A stretch of 64,000 nucleotides of DNA from positions 4,352,001 through 4,416,000 of the forward strand of contig OZ242260.1 of the NCBI GenBank assembly GCA_965207065.1. The letters are read 5' to 3'. Of the stretch, positions 52,858 through 63,301 are shown piece by piece. The notes below the pieces were generated by a model that saw only the letters and a program-made list of their open reading frames with translations, ran no database searches and was not told the origin of the DNA. The position numbers and the translations under genes were made by a program. The first letter of the stretch is position 1; each line of letters starts with the position of its first letter. Source of the stretch: a bacterium (GTDB taxonomy: Bacteria; UBA8248).

Positions 52858-54612
52858 ATGAGCGATTACAAAACCGAAGACAGAGACGGAATGCGCATCG
52901 ACTGGGACGTGCCCATCCCCATGGAAGACGGCGTCGTCCTGCGGTGCGACGTCTACCGGCCCCAGGACGATGAAGGGAAATACCCCGTCATCCTGACGTA
53001 CGGCCCGTATGGAAAGTATCTGCATTTCGAAGACTTGTATGAGACATGCTGGACGCGCATGGTCGAGCAACACCCCGACGTGCCCGCAGGCTCCACCAAC
53101 AAATACCAGAACTGGGAGGTGGTGGACCCCGAAAAATGGGTGCCGGACGGCTACATCTGCATCCGCGTGGATTCGCGCGGCGCCGGCCGCTCGCCTGGCG
53201 TCATCGACATCTGGTCGGCGCGCGAGGCGCAGGATTTGTACGAGTGCATCGAATGGGCGGCGGTGCAACCCTGGAGTACTGGCAAGATCGGGCTGAACGG
53301 CATCTCTTATTACGGCATGAACCAGTGGCAGGTGGGCTCGCTCCAGCCTCCGCATCTGAGCGCCATGTGCGTCTGGGAGGGAGCCGCCGATTATTACCGC
53401 GAGATGGCCCACCACGGCGGCATCTTCTGCAACGGCTTCGCGCGCAACTGGTCCGAGATGCAGGTCTACACCGTCCAGCACGGCCTCGGCGAGCGCGGCT
53501 TCAAGAGCCGCTTCACGGGCGACTGGGTCTCCGGCCCCATCACCCTCACCGAGGAGGAACTCGGTGCGAACCGCAACGATTTCGGCGAGGATTGCTTTTC
53601 CCACAAGCTCGACACCGACGAATACTGGCAGTCGCGTATGCCCGATTTCAGCAAAATCCAGGTGCCGCTCCTCTCCTCGGCCAACTGGGGCGGGCAGGGC
53701 CTGCACCCGCGCGGGAACTTCGAGGGCTTTCTCGAGACAGGCTGCGAGGAAAAATGGCTCGAAGTCCACGGCATCGAGCACTGGACGGAGTTTTACACCG
53801 ACTACGGCGTCAACATGCAGAAGAAATTCTTCGGCCATTACCTGAAGGGCGAGGACACCGGCTGGCCGGACCAGCCACGTGTGCTGCTCCAGGTGCGTCA
53901 CCCCGGCGAGCGCTTCGTCGAGCGGCACGAGAGCGAATGGCCGCTGGCGCGCACGCAGTGGACGAAATACTACCTGAACGCAAAGACCCACTCGCTCGAA
54001 GATGCGCCCGTAGCAGAGGCGGCGACCACCACCTATGCCGGCTTCAGCGAGGGCGTCACCTTCGTCACGCCGCCCATATCGGAAGATACGGAAGTCACCG
54101 GCCCCATCGCAGCCAAGCTTTTCGTCTCATCCGAAACGAAGGATGCGGACATGTTCCTGATCGTGCGCGTGTTCACGCCGGACATGGAAGAAGTCGTCTT
54201 CCAGGGCGCGCTCGACCCGCACACGCCCATCGCGCAGGGCTGGCTGCGAGCCTCGCACAGAAAACTGGATCCGGAAAAGACCCTGCCCTACAGGCCCTAC
54301 CACACCCACGATGAAGAACAGCCTCTGACGCCGGGCGATATCTATGAACTCGACATCGAGGTATGGCCGACCTGCATCGTGATTCCCGAGGGCTACCGGG
54401 TTGCCTTCACGGTGCGCGGAAAGGACTACGTGTACCCCGGCGGTTCTGGCGGCGGTCTTTCGAACATGAAAAACGAGTTCACCGGCTGCGGATGCTTCAT
54501 TCACAACGATCCCAAGGACAGGCCCCCCGATGTGTTCGGCAAGAACGTGACGCTCCACTGCGGCGGGGCGCACGAGGCCTACGTGATGCTGCCGGTGATC
54601 CCCGAGAAATAG
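52858..54612 (+). CDS. CocE/NonD family hydrolase (copy 1)
   Basis: PYGK, DSRGAGRSPG, GISYYG and GWLRASHR. Confidence 0.92.
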   Translation: MSDYKTEDRDGMRIDWDVPIPMEDGVVLRCDVYRPQDDEGKYPVILTYGPYGKYLHFEDLYETCWTRMVEQHPDVPAGSTNKYQNWEVVDPEKWVPDGYICIRVDSRGAGRSPGVIDIWSAREAQDLYECIEWAAVQPWSTGKIGLNGISYYGMNQWQVGSLQPPHLSAMCVWEGAADYYREMAHHGGIFCNGFARNWSEMQVYTVQHGLGERGFKSRFTGDWVSGPITLTEEELGANRNDFGEDCFSHKLDTDEYWQSRMPDFSKIQVPLLSSANWGGQGLHPRGNFEGFLETGCEEKWLEVHGIEHWTEFYTDYGVNMQKKFFGHYLKGEDTGWPDQPRVLLQVRHPGERFVERHESEWPLARTQWTKYYLNAKTHSLEDAPVAEAATTTYAGFSEGVTFVTPPISEDTEVTGPIAAKLFVSSETKDADMFLIVRVFTPDMEEVVFQGALDPHTPIAQGWLRASHRKLDPEKTLPYRPYHTHDEEQPLTPGDIYELDIEVWPTCIVIPEGYRVAFTVRGKDYVYPGGSGGGLSNMKNEFTGCGCFIHNDPKDRPPDVFGKNVTLHCGGAHEAYVMLPVIPEK

Positions 54613-54652
54613 AGCGGAAGATGACACTTCCCACTGACGAGATGAGGTGAAC

Positions 54653-56422
54653 ATGAGCGACATCGACCTGAGCACGGACCCTCAATACCGAACTGAAAAA
54701 ATGCACGGCTTTATCATCGAATGGGACGTTCCCATCCGGATGGAAGACGGCCTGGTGCTGCGGGCGAACGTCTACCGCCCCGATGACGACGGCGAATACC
54801 CGGTCATCCTGAGCTACGGCCCCTATGCGAAGGACCTGGCATGGCAGGACGGCTACGAGACGGCGTGGGAGCTTTTCGCCACCGCGCACCCCGACGCCAT
54901 CGCGGGCTCTTCGAACATCCACCAGAGCTGGGAGGTCGTGGACCCGGAAAAATGGGTGCCGGACGGCTACATCTGCGTGCGCGTGGATTCGCGCGGCGCC
55001 GGCCGCTCGCCGGGCTACATCGACCATTTCTCCCCGCGCGAAACGAAGGATTTCGCCATCTGCATCGAGTGGGCGGGCGAGCAGCCCTGGTGCAACGGCA
55101 AGGTGGGCCTCACGGGCATATCGTATTACGCCATCAACCAGTGGCACGTGGCGGGTCTGCAGCCCAAGTACCTGGAAGCCATGTGCGTCTGGGAGGGCGC
55201 GGCGGACTTCTACCGCGACATGAGCCACCAGGGCGGCATTCTCACGACGTTCCTCGCGAACTGGTACGACATGCAGGTCAAAAGCGTGCAGTACGGCCTC
55301 GGGGAGAACGGCCCGAAAAGCCGCGTCCACGGCGGTCTGGCCTGCGGCCCCGAGACCCTGAGCGAGGAGGAGATGGCGAAAAACCGCTCGGACTACGGGG
55401 GCGACATTCTCGAGCGTCCGCTGGACGGGGAGTGGTATCAGGATCGCTCCGCCCACTGGGAGAAGATAAAGACGCCCTTCATCTCGGCGGCGAGCTGGGG
55501 CGGGCAGGGACTGCACCCGAGGGGGAATTACGAGGGCTTCATGCGCGCGGCCTCCACGGAGAAATGGCTGGAAGTCCACGGCTTCGAGCACTGGACAGAG
55601 TTCTACACCCCCTACGGGGAGAAGCTCCAGAAGCAGTTCTTCGGCCACTACCTGAAGGGCGAGGACACCGGCTGGATGGAGAAGCCGCCCGTCATGCTCA
55701 AGGTGCGCCACGTCGGGGAAAAGTTCGTCGAACGCGGCGAGAACGAGTGGCCCCTCGCGCGCACGAAGTGGACGAAGTTCTACTTGAACCCCGAATACAT
55801 GAGCCTCGATTCCGCACCTATCGTTCGCAATCAGAACATCACCTACGGGGGATTCAGCGACGGCGTGACGTTCATGCTGCCGCCATTCGAGAAAGAGACG
55901 GAGATTACCGGGCCCATTGCGTCCAAACTTTTCGTCTCATCCGAAACCCAGGATGCGGACCTGTTCCTCGTACTGCGCCTGTTCACGCCCGACATGAAGG
56001 AGATCACCTTCCAGGGCACACTCGACCCGAACACGCCCATCGCGCAAGGCTGGCTCCGGGCTTCGCACCGAAAGCTCGTGCCCGAACTATCGACGGAGTG
56101 GAAACCCTACCAGGCGCATGACGAGAAGCAATACCTGACGCCTAGCGTGATATACGAGCTCGACATCGAGGTCTGGCCCACCTGCATCGTGGTGCCGCCC
56201 GGTTACAGGCTGGCGCTCAGCGTGCGCGGCAAGGACTATGAATACAGCTGCGTCACTACGCACAAGCTCTCGAACATGAAGAACGTGTTCCGGGGCTGCG
56301 GGCCGTTTTTGCACGACGACCCGGTGGACAGGCCCGAGGAGATTTTCGGCAAGAACGTGACGCTACACTGCGGACCCGAGAATGCGTCCTACATCATGCT
56401 ACCCGTGGTGCCGGGGAAGTAA
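54653..56422 (+). CDS. CocE/NonD family hydrolase (copy 2)
   Basis: PYAK, DSRGAGRSPG, GISYYA and GWLRASHR. Confidence 0.92.
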   Translation: MSDIDLSTDPQYRTEKMHGFIIEWDVPIRMEDGLVLRANVYRPDDDGEYPVILSYGPYAKDLAWQDGYETAWELFATAHPDAIAGSSNIHQSWEVVDPEKWVPDGYICVRVDSRGAGRSPGYIDHFSPRETKDFAICIEWAGEQPWCNGKVGLTGISYYAINQWHVAGLQPKYLEAMCVWEGAADFYRDMSHQGGILTTFLANWYDMQVKSVQYGLGENGPKSRVHGGLACGPETLSEEEMAKNRSDYGGDILERPLDGEWYQDRSAHWEKIKTPFISAASWGGQGLHPRGNYEGFMRAASTEKWLEVHGFEHWTEFYTPYGEKLQKQFFGHYLKGEDTGWMEKPPVMLKVRHVGEKFVERGENEWPLARTKWTKFYLNPEYMSLDSAPIVRNQNITYGGFSDGVTFMLPPFEKETEITGPIASKLFVSSETQDADLFLVLRLFTPDMKEITFQGTLDPNTPIAQGWLRASHRKLVPELSTEWKPYQAHDEKQYLTPSVIYELDIEVWPTCIVVPPGYRLALSVRGKDYEYSCVTTHKLSNMKNVFRGCGPFLHDDPVDRPEEIFGKNVTLHCGPENASYIMLPVVPGK

Positions 56423-56478
56423 GCGGTCTCTTCTGAGGAGGGGAAGCCGCGAGGTGTTCGTAATGGAAGAGCGCTCTT

Positions 56479-56506
56479 GTAGGGGCGGACACAGGTCTGC
56501 CCCTAC
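56479..56506. repeat. GTAG-type REP-like palindrome (second subfamily)
   Basis: GTAGGGGCGGAC-ACAG-GTCTGCCCCTAC. Confidence 0.7.
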
Positions 56507-56671
56507 AAACGCCGTTGCTCTCAGGTTGAAAATCACACCAGAATGACGATGACCTCCGGCAGAAGCTAAAATTTCATTAAATGATAAGCAGCGAGCCTGC
56601 CCTGCTTCGTAGAAATTTTGTAATAATATCCTGACTGCACTTCCGAGGCGTCTGCATCCGATTTAAACTTC

Positions 56672-57247
56672 TTAACGAAAAATTCTTATCCACCAAGGTC
56701 TTTTTCTCTTCTTCTTTTTAGATGCTGCCTCAATAACGGCGTGCAAATCTTCTTGCAAAAACGGCTGAGTTGCAGCGTAAGCGTTCTCAAAGATTGTGAA
56801 ACGGCTTCCCGTTTTCTCCTTCTGGATCAGTTCTGTTGGTTTCTTTTTCTCTTCCTCCTTTTGGGTCTGTTTAGTTGGTTTCTCTTCCTTCGAATTTATC
56901 TGTTGGTCTTTTATGCTTTCTTTTCCAAATGTAAAAGATACAAAAACCGCAGGGGCGATCATCCCGAATTGTAAAGCACGCTTACGATCATACTCGGGCA
57001 TATTGACAAAAGCCCATATTCCTCCAAGGAACGCACCTATTATTGCACTGCCCACGAAATCAAATAGGTCTGTAAAACTTAGTTCTGATAATTCTAGAAC
57101 AACAATACCAGGGTGCGCGATTAGATTTGCAATAATTCCACCTATTGCACCCAACAAGATAACTTCATGAGTGTTCAGAAACTTTACTTTTGGGTGATCA
57201 TGCGCCGATGCATTCGGATTTCTAGGGGTGGAGTCGATATCACTCAT
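56672..57247 (-). CDS. Hypothetical membrane protein (about 3 TM, charged C-terminus), AT-rich
   Basis: GGAGG SD; hydrophobic GAIGG/GAFLGG/ALQFGMIAPA segments. Confidence 0.7.
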   Translation of the reverse strand: MSDIDSTPRNPNASAHDHPKVKFLNTHEVILLGAIGGIIANLIAHPGIVVLELSELSFTDLFDFVGSAIIGAFLGGIWAFVNMPEYDRKRALQFGMIAPAVFVSFTFGKESIKDQQINSKEEKPTKQTQKEEEKKKPTELIQKEKTGSRFTIFENAYAATQPFLQEDLHAVIEAASKKKKRKRPWWIRIFR

Positions 57248-57296
57248 TACAGTTACCTCCTATATTCTAATTGTTGACCCTAATGTGGAATCCCAA

Positions 57297-57770
57297 CTAA
57301 ACATGATGCTCAAGTCTCCTGCTGACCCATGATGACCAGTTGTTTTCTTTGTGGCGCAAAGTCAAAATCATGCACTTTTTAGCCACATAGGCTTCCAACT
57401 TGGTCACACAGTTTTTAGGAGTCGAAGATTTCGAGTTCTCCATCCAATACTCATCAACTGGCCATTTGTAACGCGCTCCTGGATTGAGTTTCATCACCCG
57501 CCAAAAACTAGTAAAATCCGCACTTCGTCCTTCGCATAATTCTCCCCACAACCACTCTTCAGGCTCTTCCCATTGCTTCTTATTCTCATCAGGGATTTCA
57601 CATTTCCTTTCCAGCACGGTCATGCCGGACTCGGACTTTTCAGGTGCTTCCGCCGTCTGGGTGCGTGGGAAAGGGGCGCTACCGAACAAGATGCCTATCG
57701 AAATGAAGAGTGTAGATGCGCACATCACGAACTTCGCCGTTCGGATATTTTTTAAGAATCGATTACGCAT
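57297..57770 (-). CDS. Hypothetical exported protein, possibly truncated
   Basis: Signal-like N-terminus and WEEPEEWLWGELCEG..ADF segment; ends abruptly. Confidence 0.45.
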   Translation of the reverse strand: MRNRFLKNIRTAKFVMCASTLFISIGILFGSAPFPRTQTAEAPEKSESGMTVLERKCEIPDENKKQWEEPEEWLWGELCEGRSADFTSFWRVMKLNPGARYKWPVDEYWMENSKSSTPKNCVTKLEAYVAKKCMILTLRHKENNWSSWVSRRLEHHV

Positions 57771-58037
57771 ACCCGGAGGTTCTCCCTAGAAGGGTTCCAT
57801 AATGGCCGAGTAGTCACGCGTGCGTAATGCCGAATTTCTTGTGCTCCAGTTGACATTCAATAGAATTATATGACATCTAATGACATTTTACAAACTCCAT
57901 AAGAATTATCAAGCATGATATCGGCTTGGGGCATTCATTCTCATCACGGCCTTATGGCTAGAGTATCGTCGGTAGAATCCCAACTCGATATCGGATGTTT
58001 CTTAGCGTATTCACTCAGAAAATAAAGAGATGACCAA

Positions 58038-59453
58038 ATGGAGGACCCAATGTCTGAACGCCCGATTGTCATCCTGCACGGATGGAGCGATACGTCTGAG
58101 AGCTTCGAGCCACTCGCAAGGCTATTGCAGGAGAAGCTGCAAGGACAAAACGTCTCGATTTTCTCGCTGGCCGACTACATCAGCATGGAAGACGAGGTCC
58201 GCTTCGATGATGTTGCATCAGCCATGGAAACAGCCTGGGACATCCACAACCTGCCGAAGGATAAGGGCAGCGTAGACGCTATCGTGCACAGCACCGGTGG
58301 CCTCGTGATTCGAGACTGGCTTCAGCGCTACTACGAACCCGGAAACACTCCCATCAAGCATCTGCTCATGCTCGCACCGGCGAATTTCGGCTCCCCGCTT
58401 GCCCACAAGGGACGATCGTTTCTCGGCCGCGTCTGGAAAGGCTACTTCACAAAGCAGCCGGAAGGCGAAGCCTTCGAGACCGGAACCCAAATTCTCAAGG
58501 GGTTGGAACTCGCGAGTCCATATACCTGGCGGTTGGCAGAACGCGACCGCTTCGGCGAGGGCGGCGAGATGTATCAGCCAGGCAACGTGCTGTGCACGGT
58601 GCTGGTCGGCAACACCGGTTATCGCGGGATCAGCGCCATCGCCAACGAAGACGGGTCGGACGGCACGGTGCGGATTTCAACGGCCAACATGGAATGCGTG
58701 CGCATACATGCGGAATTCCCGGCCAACCCCGACGAGGCAGGACACGACGTCAACTACCTTATAGACCCTTCATCTGGAACAACGGCGTTCGGCGTGATGG
58801 ACGGCCATGATCACAGCTCGGTCAAGCTGTTCCACCGCAGTTCCAGTTCCCTGCGACAGGTCGAGAGAACCAAGCGTGACGGCGGTTTGTTTGCAGATAT
58901 CGTCAAAGCGTTGACCATCGAAGACGATGAGTTCGGCGCGTGGTGCGATTCACTTGCAAAACGCAACGATGCGCTGTCGCCCAAGACCGTAACGAGCAAC
59001 AGCAAGAAACACGGCTTTCAGAACACCGTCGTTCGTGTTGTGGACCAGTACGGGGTCGGCGTCGATGACTACCTCCTCGAGTTCTACGAAAAAGATGACG
59101 ACGTGGAGGATGCCGTTGCCGAAACGTTCCACACCTCGGCCATCCGAGGCGTCCACAAATATTCGGACGACGCATCCTATCGAAGCGTCAACGTCGACTG
59201 TACGCGGCTGCGCGAGACCATCGACAAGGTCGATGAGCACCTAAGTGTAAGCGTCACCGCCTATCCCGAGATGAGCGAGCGAACGCCAGCTGGTTTCAAG
59301 ACTCTCGGAAGCGACGGAATCGGCGGCATCCGCATCAATCATGACGACATCAAGGATTTCTTTGTTCCTCATCGTACGGCGTTTGTCACCTTGCAGCTCA
59401 CGCGACAGCAGTTGGATAGAACTTTCCGCTTCCAGGACCATTCAAATTCATAG
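58038..59453 (+). CDS. Alpha/beta-fold hydrolase (lipase/esterase-like)
   Basis: IVILHGWSD, VHSTGG nucleophile elbow, APANFGSPLA, SDGTV and DHSS. Confidence 0.85.
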   Translation: MEDPMSERPIVILHGWSDTSESFEPLARLLQEKLQGQNVSIFSLADYISMEDEVRFDDVASAMETAWDIHNLPKDKGSVDAIVHSTGGLVIRDWLQRYYEPGNTPIKHLLMLAPANFGSPLAHKGRSFLGRVWKGYFTKQPEGEAFETGTQILKGLELASPYTWRLAERDRFGEGGEMYQPGNVLCTVLVGNTGYRGISAIANEDGSDGTVRISTANMECVRIHAEFPANPDEAGHDVNYLIDPSSGTTAFGVMDGHDHSSVKLFHRSSSSLRQVERTKRDGGLFADIVKALTIEDDEFGAWCDSLAKRNDALSPKTVTSNSKKHGFQNTVVRVVDQYGVGVDDYLLEFYEKDDDVEDAVAETFHTSAIRGVHKYSDDASYRSVNVDCTRLRETIDKVDEHLSVSVTAYPEMSERTPAGFKTLGSDGIGGIRINHDDIKDFFVPHRTAFVTLQLTRQQLDRTFRFQDHSNS

Positions 59454-59576
59454 GTTCATCCTCATGTATGGATGCCCGCCCCGCTCTTGTCATGAAACTT
59501 CGTTTTGACTAAAATTCCGCGTTTGTTATTCTCGTTTTCATACGTCATCGTTTTGTAAAAGGATACGCCCGTAACC

Positions 59577-60299
59577 ATGTCCGTCTGCATCGGCGTCGTT
59601 CATGCGACGCGCGTCGCGGTTTCGCCCATCGAAGCCGCGTTCGAAAACCATTGGCCGGAAGCCGAGGTCGTCCAACTCATCGATGAGTCCCTGGCCCGCG
59701 ACCTGGAAGCGGTCGGGCACCTCACGCCTGCGCTTTTCGAGCGCGTGGACAGTCTTGCCGAGTTCGCGCATCGGGGCGGTGCAGAGGCGATCCTCTTCTC
59801 ATGCTCGGCCTTCGGCCCGGCGATTGAGGCCGTCCAGTCGAGGCTCCCGATACCCGTATTCAAGCCGAACCAGGCGATGCTCGATGAGGCGCTACGGCTC
59901 GGGACGCGTATCCAGGTCCTCTCGACGTTCCGGCCCTCTGGCCCCTCGATACGAAAAGAGCTGGAAGCCCTGGCGGCGCAGAAAAAGATTGCGCTTAAAA
60001 TCGAGGTATCTTACGTCGCAGACGCTTTAGAAGCGCTTCAGGCGGGTGATCCACAGACGCACGACGCGCTCATCGAGGAAGCCGCCGCAAACGCGCCCCA
60101 CGCCGATGTCGTCCTCCTCGCGCAGTTCTCCATGGCGCGGGCGCTGGATGCGGTATCCCGCCGCGTCGATGCGAGCGTGCTCAGCAGCCCCGAGAACGCG
60201 GTCCTGACGCTCAAGCGGATGATGCGCGCGCCTGCGAACGGCCACGCCCCTGCGGCGAACGGAGCGGCAAGAATCATTTCCGAGCAACACATCGTGTAG
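59577..60299 (+). CDS. Aspartate/glutamate racemase family protein
   Basis: ILFSCSAFG and LAQFSMA. Confidence 0.8.
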   Translation: MSVCIGVVHATRVAVSPIEAAFENHWPEAEVVQLIDESLARDLEAVGHLTPALFERVDSLAEFAHRGGAEAILFSCSAFGPAIEAVQSRLPIPVFKPNQAMLDEALRLGTRIQVLSTFRPSGPSIRKELEALAAQKKIALKIEVSYVADALEALQAGDPQTHDALIEEAAANAPHADVVLLAQFSMARALDAVSRRVDASVLSSPENAVLTLKRMMRAPANGHAPAANGAARIISEQHIV

Positions 60300-60317
60300 C
60301 CTCTCGGCCTTTTTCTA

Positions 60318-60345
60318 GTAGGGACAGGTCGCGACCTGTCCCTAC
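60318..60345. repeat. GTAG-type REP, perfect 28-bp palindrome
   Basis: GTAGGGACAGGTCGCGACCTGTCCCTAC. Confidence 0.8.
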
Positions 60346-60466
60346 GGCCGGAACATTCCTCTCATCCGTTGGGCATCACTCCCCTCCCCGCTCGAAACCG
60401 CCCCCGCCTTGCCGTCTCTTCTCCGCGGGTGGATAATGGCGTTTTCTCTTGCCCTGAGTTTTACGC

Positions 60467-61351
60467 TTGCTCGAATCCTTTCATCCCAACGTGATGGCGC
60501 TTCTCTCGGCGTTTTTCATCTCCGTCGCCAGGACGCTCTACCGGGGCGCGCTCATGAGCCTGAGCCCGCTCGTGACGACGGTGATCGCGACGATCATCAC
60601 CACCATTCTGGCGCTCGGCCTCTATGCGATGGGCGAGGGACTCGACCACTGGCCGCTCTACGGGGTCCTGTGGTTCGTCCTCGTGGGAACCGTCGGCGGA
60701 CTCGGCGGTCGCTACATGGGGATGATATCCATCAAGCTGATAGGTTTGGCCCGCACGCCCATACTGACGCAGACGGGCCTCATCTGGTCCTCGGGCCTTG
60801 CGGTGATTCTTTTGGGCGAGACGCTCACTCCGCTGGTGACGGTGGGTACGCTGGGCATCATGGCGGGAGGCATCCTGCTCCTGTACGACAAGAAAGCCAC
60901 CCAGAGGCGGGTTCCCCTCACCTATTACCTCATACCGGTGGCGGGTGCGGCGTTTGCGAGCATCTCCCACATCGTGCGCAAATACGGCTTCGTCCACATC
61001 CCCTCGGTCACGCTGGGGATGGGCGTCTCGAACATGACGACGCTCACGCTCCTGCTCGCCAGCGCCTTTTTCTTCCCGACACTCCAGATGAAAAGCAGCC
61101 CTTTCACGCGACACTCGCTCCTCATCACGTCGCTGGGCGCGGCGTGCAACTTCCTGGCCGCGTTCTTCTTCTGGTGGGCAATCAAGGACGGCGAGGTAAT
61201 CCAGGTGGTTCCCATCAACCGGCTCTCGATCCTGATCGTCATCTTCTTCTCCTGGCTTTTTTTCAGGAAACAGGAGCGCGTGAGCGCGCAGGTCATCATC
61301 GGCGGGGCGTGCTCGGTCCTCGGCGCCTGGGCCGTCGTGTGGGGCAAGTGA
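60467..61351 (+). CDS. DMT/EamA family transporter
   Basis: About 10 TMs in two repeats; LLGETL and VVPINRLS. Confidence 0.85.
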   Translation: MLESFHPNVMALLSAFFISVARTLYRGALMSLSPLVTTVIATIITTILALGLYAMGEGLDHWPLYGVLWFVLVGTVGGLGGRYMGMISIKLIGLARTPILTQTGLIWSSGLAVILLGETLTPLVTVGTLGIMAGGILLLYDKKATQRRVPLTYYLIPVAGAAFASISHIVRKYGFVHIPSVTLGMGVSNMTTLTLLLASAFFFPTLQMKSSPFTRHSLLITSLGAACNFLAAFFFWWAIKDGEVIQVVPINRLSILIVIFFSWLFFRKQERVSAQVIIGGACSVLGAWAVVWGK

Positions 61352-61398
61352 ATTTTCAGGTTCCTGCAGATGAGGCGAATTATTCTCGGTCGACCATT

Positions 61399-62415
61399 TC
61401 AGGGCGATTCCACGCACGTCCATCCTCCCGTCTTCGATGATTCGAGCATGGCCGAGAGCAGCGCGACGAGGGAGGCTCCCTCGCGCCCGTCGGTGAACGG
61501 GGGCGCATCGCCGCGCACGCTCTTCGCGAAAGAAGCCATGTGGCTGGTGATCATGTCGGTATTCTCGACCGTAACGATCTCCGGCTCCACTTCGCCCTTT
61601 CGGTGGATGACGAGTCCAGGCGCGGCGGGCGTTCCCCCTCCCGGATCCGCGTTCACGTAGAGATTCGCCTCGGTTCCGAACAGAGAAAGCTGGTAGCGGC
61701 GCTGCGTCACGAAGCTCGAACTCACCTGGGCGGTCACGCCCGAGGCGAACCGGAGCGCGCCCGAGGCGGTATCCGGAATGCGCCCCGCCGCCATCTTCCG
61801 CTCCAGCACGACGAAGGCCTCCTCCACCGGACCCAGGAGGTAATTCAGGATGTCGAGCAGGTGAAATCCCGGCCCGGTGAACGGGCCGAGAGGCGATTCT
61901 GCGGGGTCGTCGCGCCAGATTTCCCTGCCGTAGTTCTGCGCCCGCGCGTTGCCGAAGTGCCCCGCCGCCTGCGTCACCTCCCCGAGGGCGCCTGCACCTA
62001 TCAGCGCCTTCGCCTTCTGGACCGAGGCCACCCAGCGCCAGCAATGCCCCACCATCAGGACGACGCCCGCTCGCTCACACGCTTCCACGCAGGTGCGGGC
62101 GTCAGCCAAGGTGACGGCAATCGGCTTTTCGACGAACACGTGCTTGCCCGCCCGGGCCGCCGCGCAGACCTGATCCTTATGCGCGCTGTGAGGCGTTGTG
62201 AGGATCACGGCGTCGATGCGCGGATCTTCCAATATGGCCGCATAGTCAGGGTAAGGCTTGCAACCGTATTTTCGCGCGAAATCTTCTTTCCGCTCGTCCG
62301 ACCGCGTATGGCAGGCGGTGATCTGAAGTCCCGGCGTTTTCCGGACCCCCTCCGCCAGCACGCCGGCCCAGCGGCCCAGCCCGACGCAAGCTGCGCGAAT
62401 GTTTTCTCCACTCAT
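61399..62415 (-). CDS. Gfo/Idh/MocA family oxidoreductase
   Basis: VGLGRW, TPHSAH and AGKHVFVEKP; ATG 62415. Confidence 0.9.
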   Translation of the reverse strand: MSGENIRAACVGLGRWAGVLAEGVRKTPGLQITACHTRSDERKEDFARKYGCKPYPDYAAILEDPRIDAVILTTPHSAHKDQVCAAARAGKHVFVEKPIAVTLADARTCVEACERAGVVLMVGHCWRWVASVQKAKALIGAGALGEVTQAAGHFGNARAQNYGREIWRDDPAESPLGPFTGPGFHLLDILNYLLGPVEEAFVVLERKMAAGRIPDTASGALRFASGVTAQVSSSFVTQRRYQLSLFGTEANLYVNADPGGGTPAAPGLVIHRKGEVEPEIVTVENTDMITSHMASFAKSVRGDAPPFTDGREGASLVALLSAMLESSKTGGWTCVESP

Positions 62416-62526
62416 GGCGGGCAATATACCACCACGATCCTGAAACGATAAAATTCCCTGCCGCGACTGCCCATCTCGCGGCGCATGAATTAGGATGTGC
62501 CTTTCACATTCCCGGGGGGCGCGGCG

Positions 62527-63264
62527 TTGTCGCCAGAAAGTATTCATGGAAAGACCTGCATCGTCACTGGCGCGAGCCGGGGCATCGGGCGCGGATGCGC
62601 GGTGGCGCTGGGGAGCGAAGGCTGCCGCGTGGCTGTGAACTACCGCGAGCGCGCGGACGAGGCGGAGGAGACCCGCCGCGAGATAGAAGAGGCGGGCGGG
62701 GAGGCCTTCACCATCCAGGCGGACGTATCGGTCGCCGGCGACGTGCGCCGCCTCGTGCACGAGACGAGGGAGCGCTTCGGCCCCGTCTCGATACTCGTCA
62801 ACAACGCAGGTATCGCCATCATGAAACCATTTGACGACCTCACCGAAGCCGATTGGAACGCCACGCTCGACGTGAACCTCAAATCCGCGTTCCTGCTCTC
62901 GCAGGCCGTGTTGCCCGACATGCGGGAGGCGCGGTGGGGCAGGATCGTGAACGTCTCATCGAACGCCGCCTTCACGGGCGGGCGCGTCGGGCCGCACTAC
63001 GCGGCGTCCAAGGCGGGCATGCACGGACTTACTCACGGTTACGCCGCGGCCCTGGTGAAAGAAGGCGTCACGGTGAACAGCGTGGCGCCCGCCCTCATCG
63101 ACACCGACATGACGACGCAGGACCTGCGCACCTCCACGCCGAACACGCCGATGGAGCGCTTCGGGACGGTGGAGGAGACGGTCGACGCCGTCATGATGAT
63201 GATCCGAAACGCCTTCATCACGGGCCAGACCCTCCTGGTGAACGGCGGCAATTACTTCCACTAA
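62527..63264 (+). CDS. SDR family oxidoreductase (FabG-like)
   Basis: TGASRGIG, NNAG and YAASK; start uncertain (62497 or 62527). Confidence 0.9.
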   Translation: MSPESIHGKTCIVTGASRGIGRGCAVALGSEGCRVAVNYRERADEAEETRREIEEAGGEAFTIQADVSVAGDVRRLVHETRERFGPVSILVNNAGIAIMKPFDDLTEADWNATLDVNLKSAFLLSQAVLPDMREARWGRIVNVSSNAAFTGGRVGPHYAASKAGMHGLTHGYAAALVKEGVTVNSVAPALIDTDMTTQDLRTSTPNTPMERFGTVEETVDAVMMMIRNAFITGQTLLVNGGNYFH

Positions 63265-63301
63265 CTCATATCTTATCCACCAATACCCAGAGGCCAGATA
63301 G

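Noticed and set aside
60461-62044. 527-aa minus-strand ORF and many similar Arg/Gly/Pro-rich ORFs
   Set aside because: Alternative-frame shadows of well-supported genes
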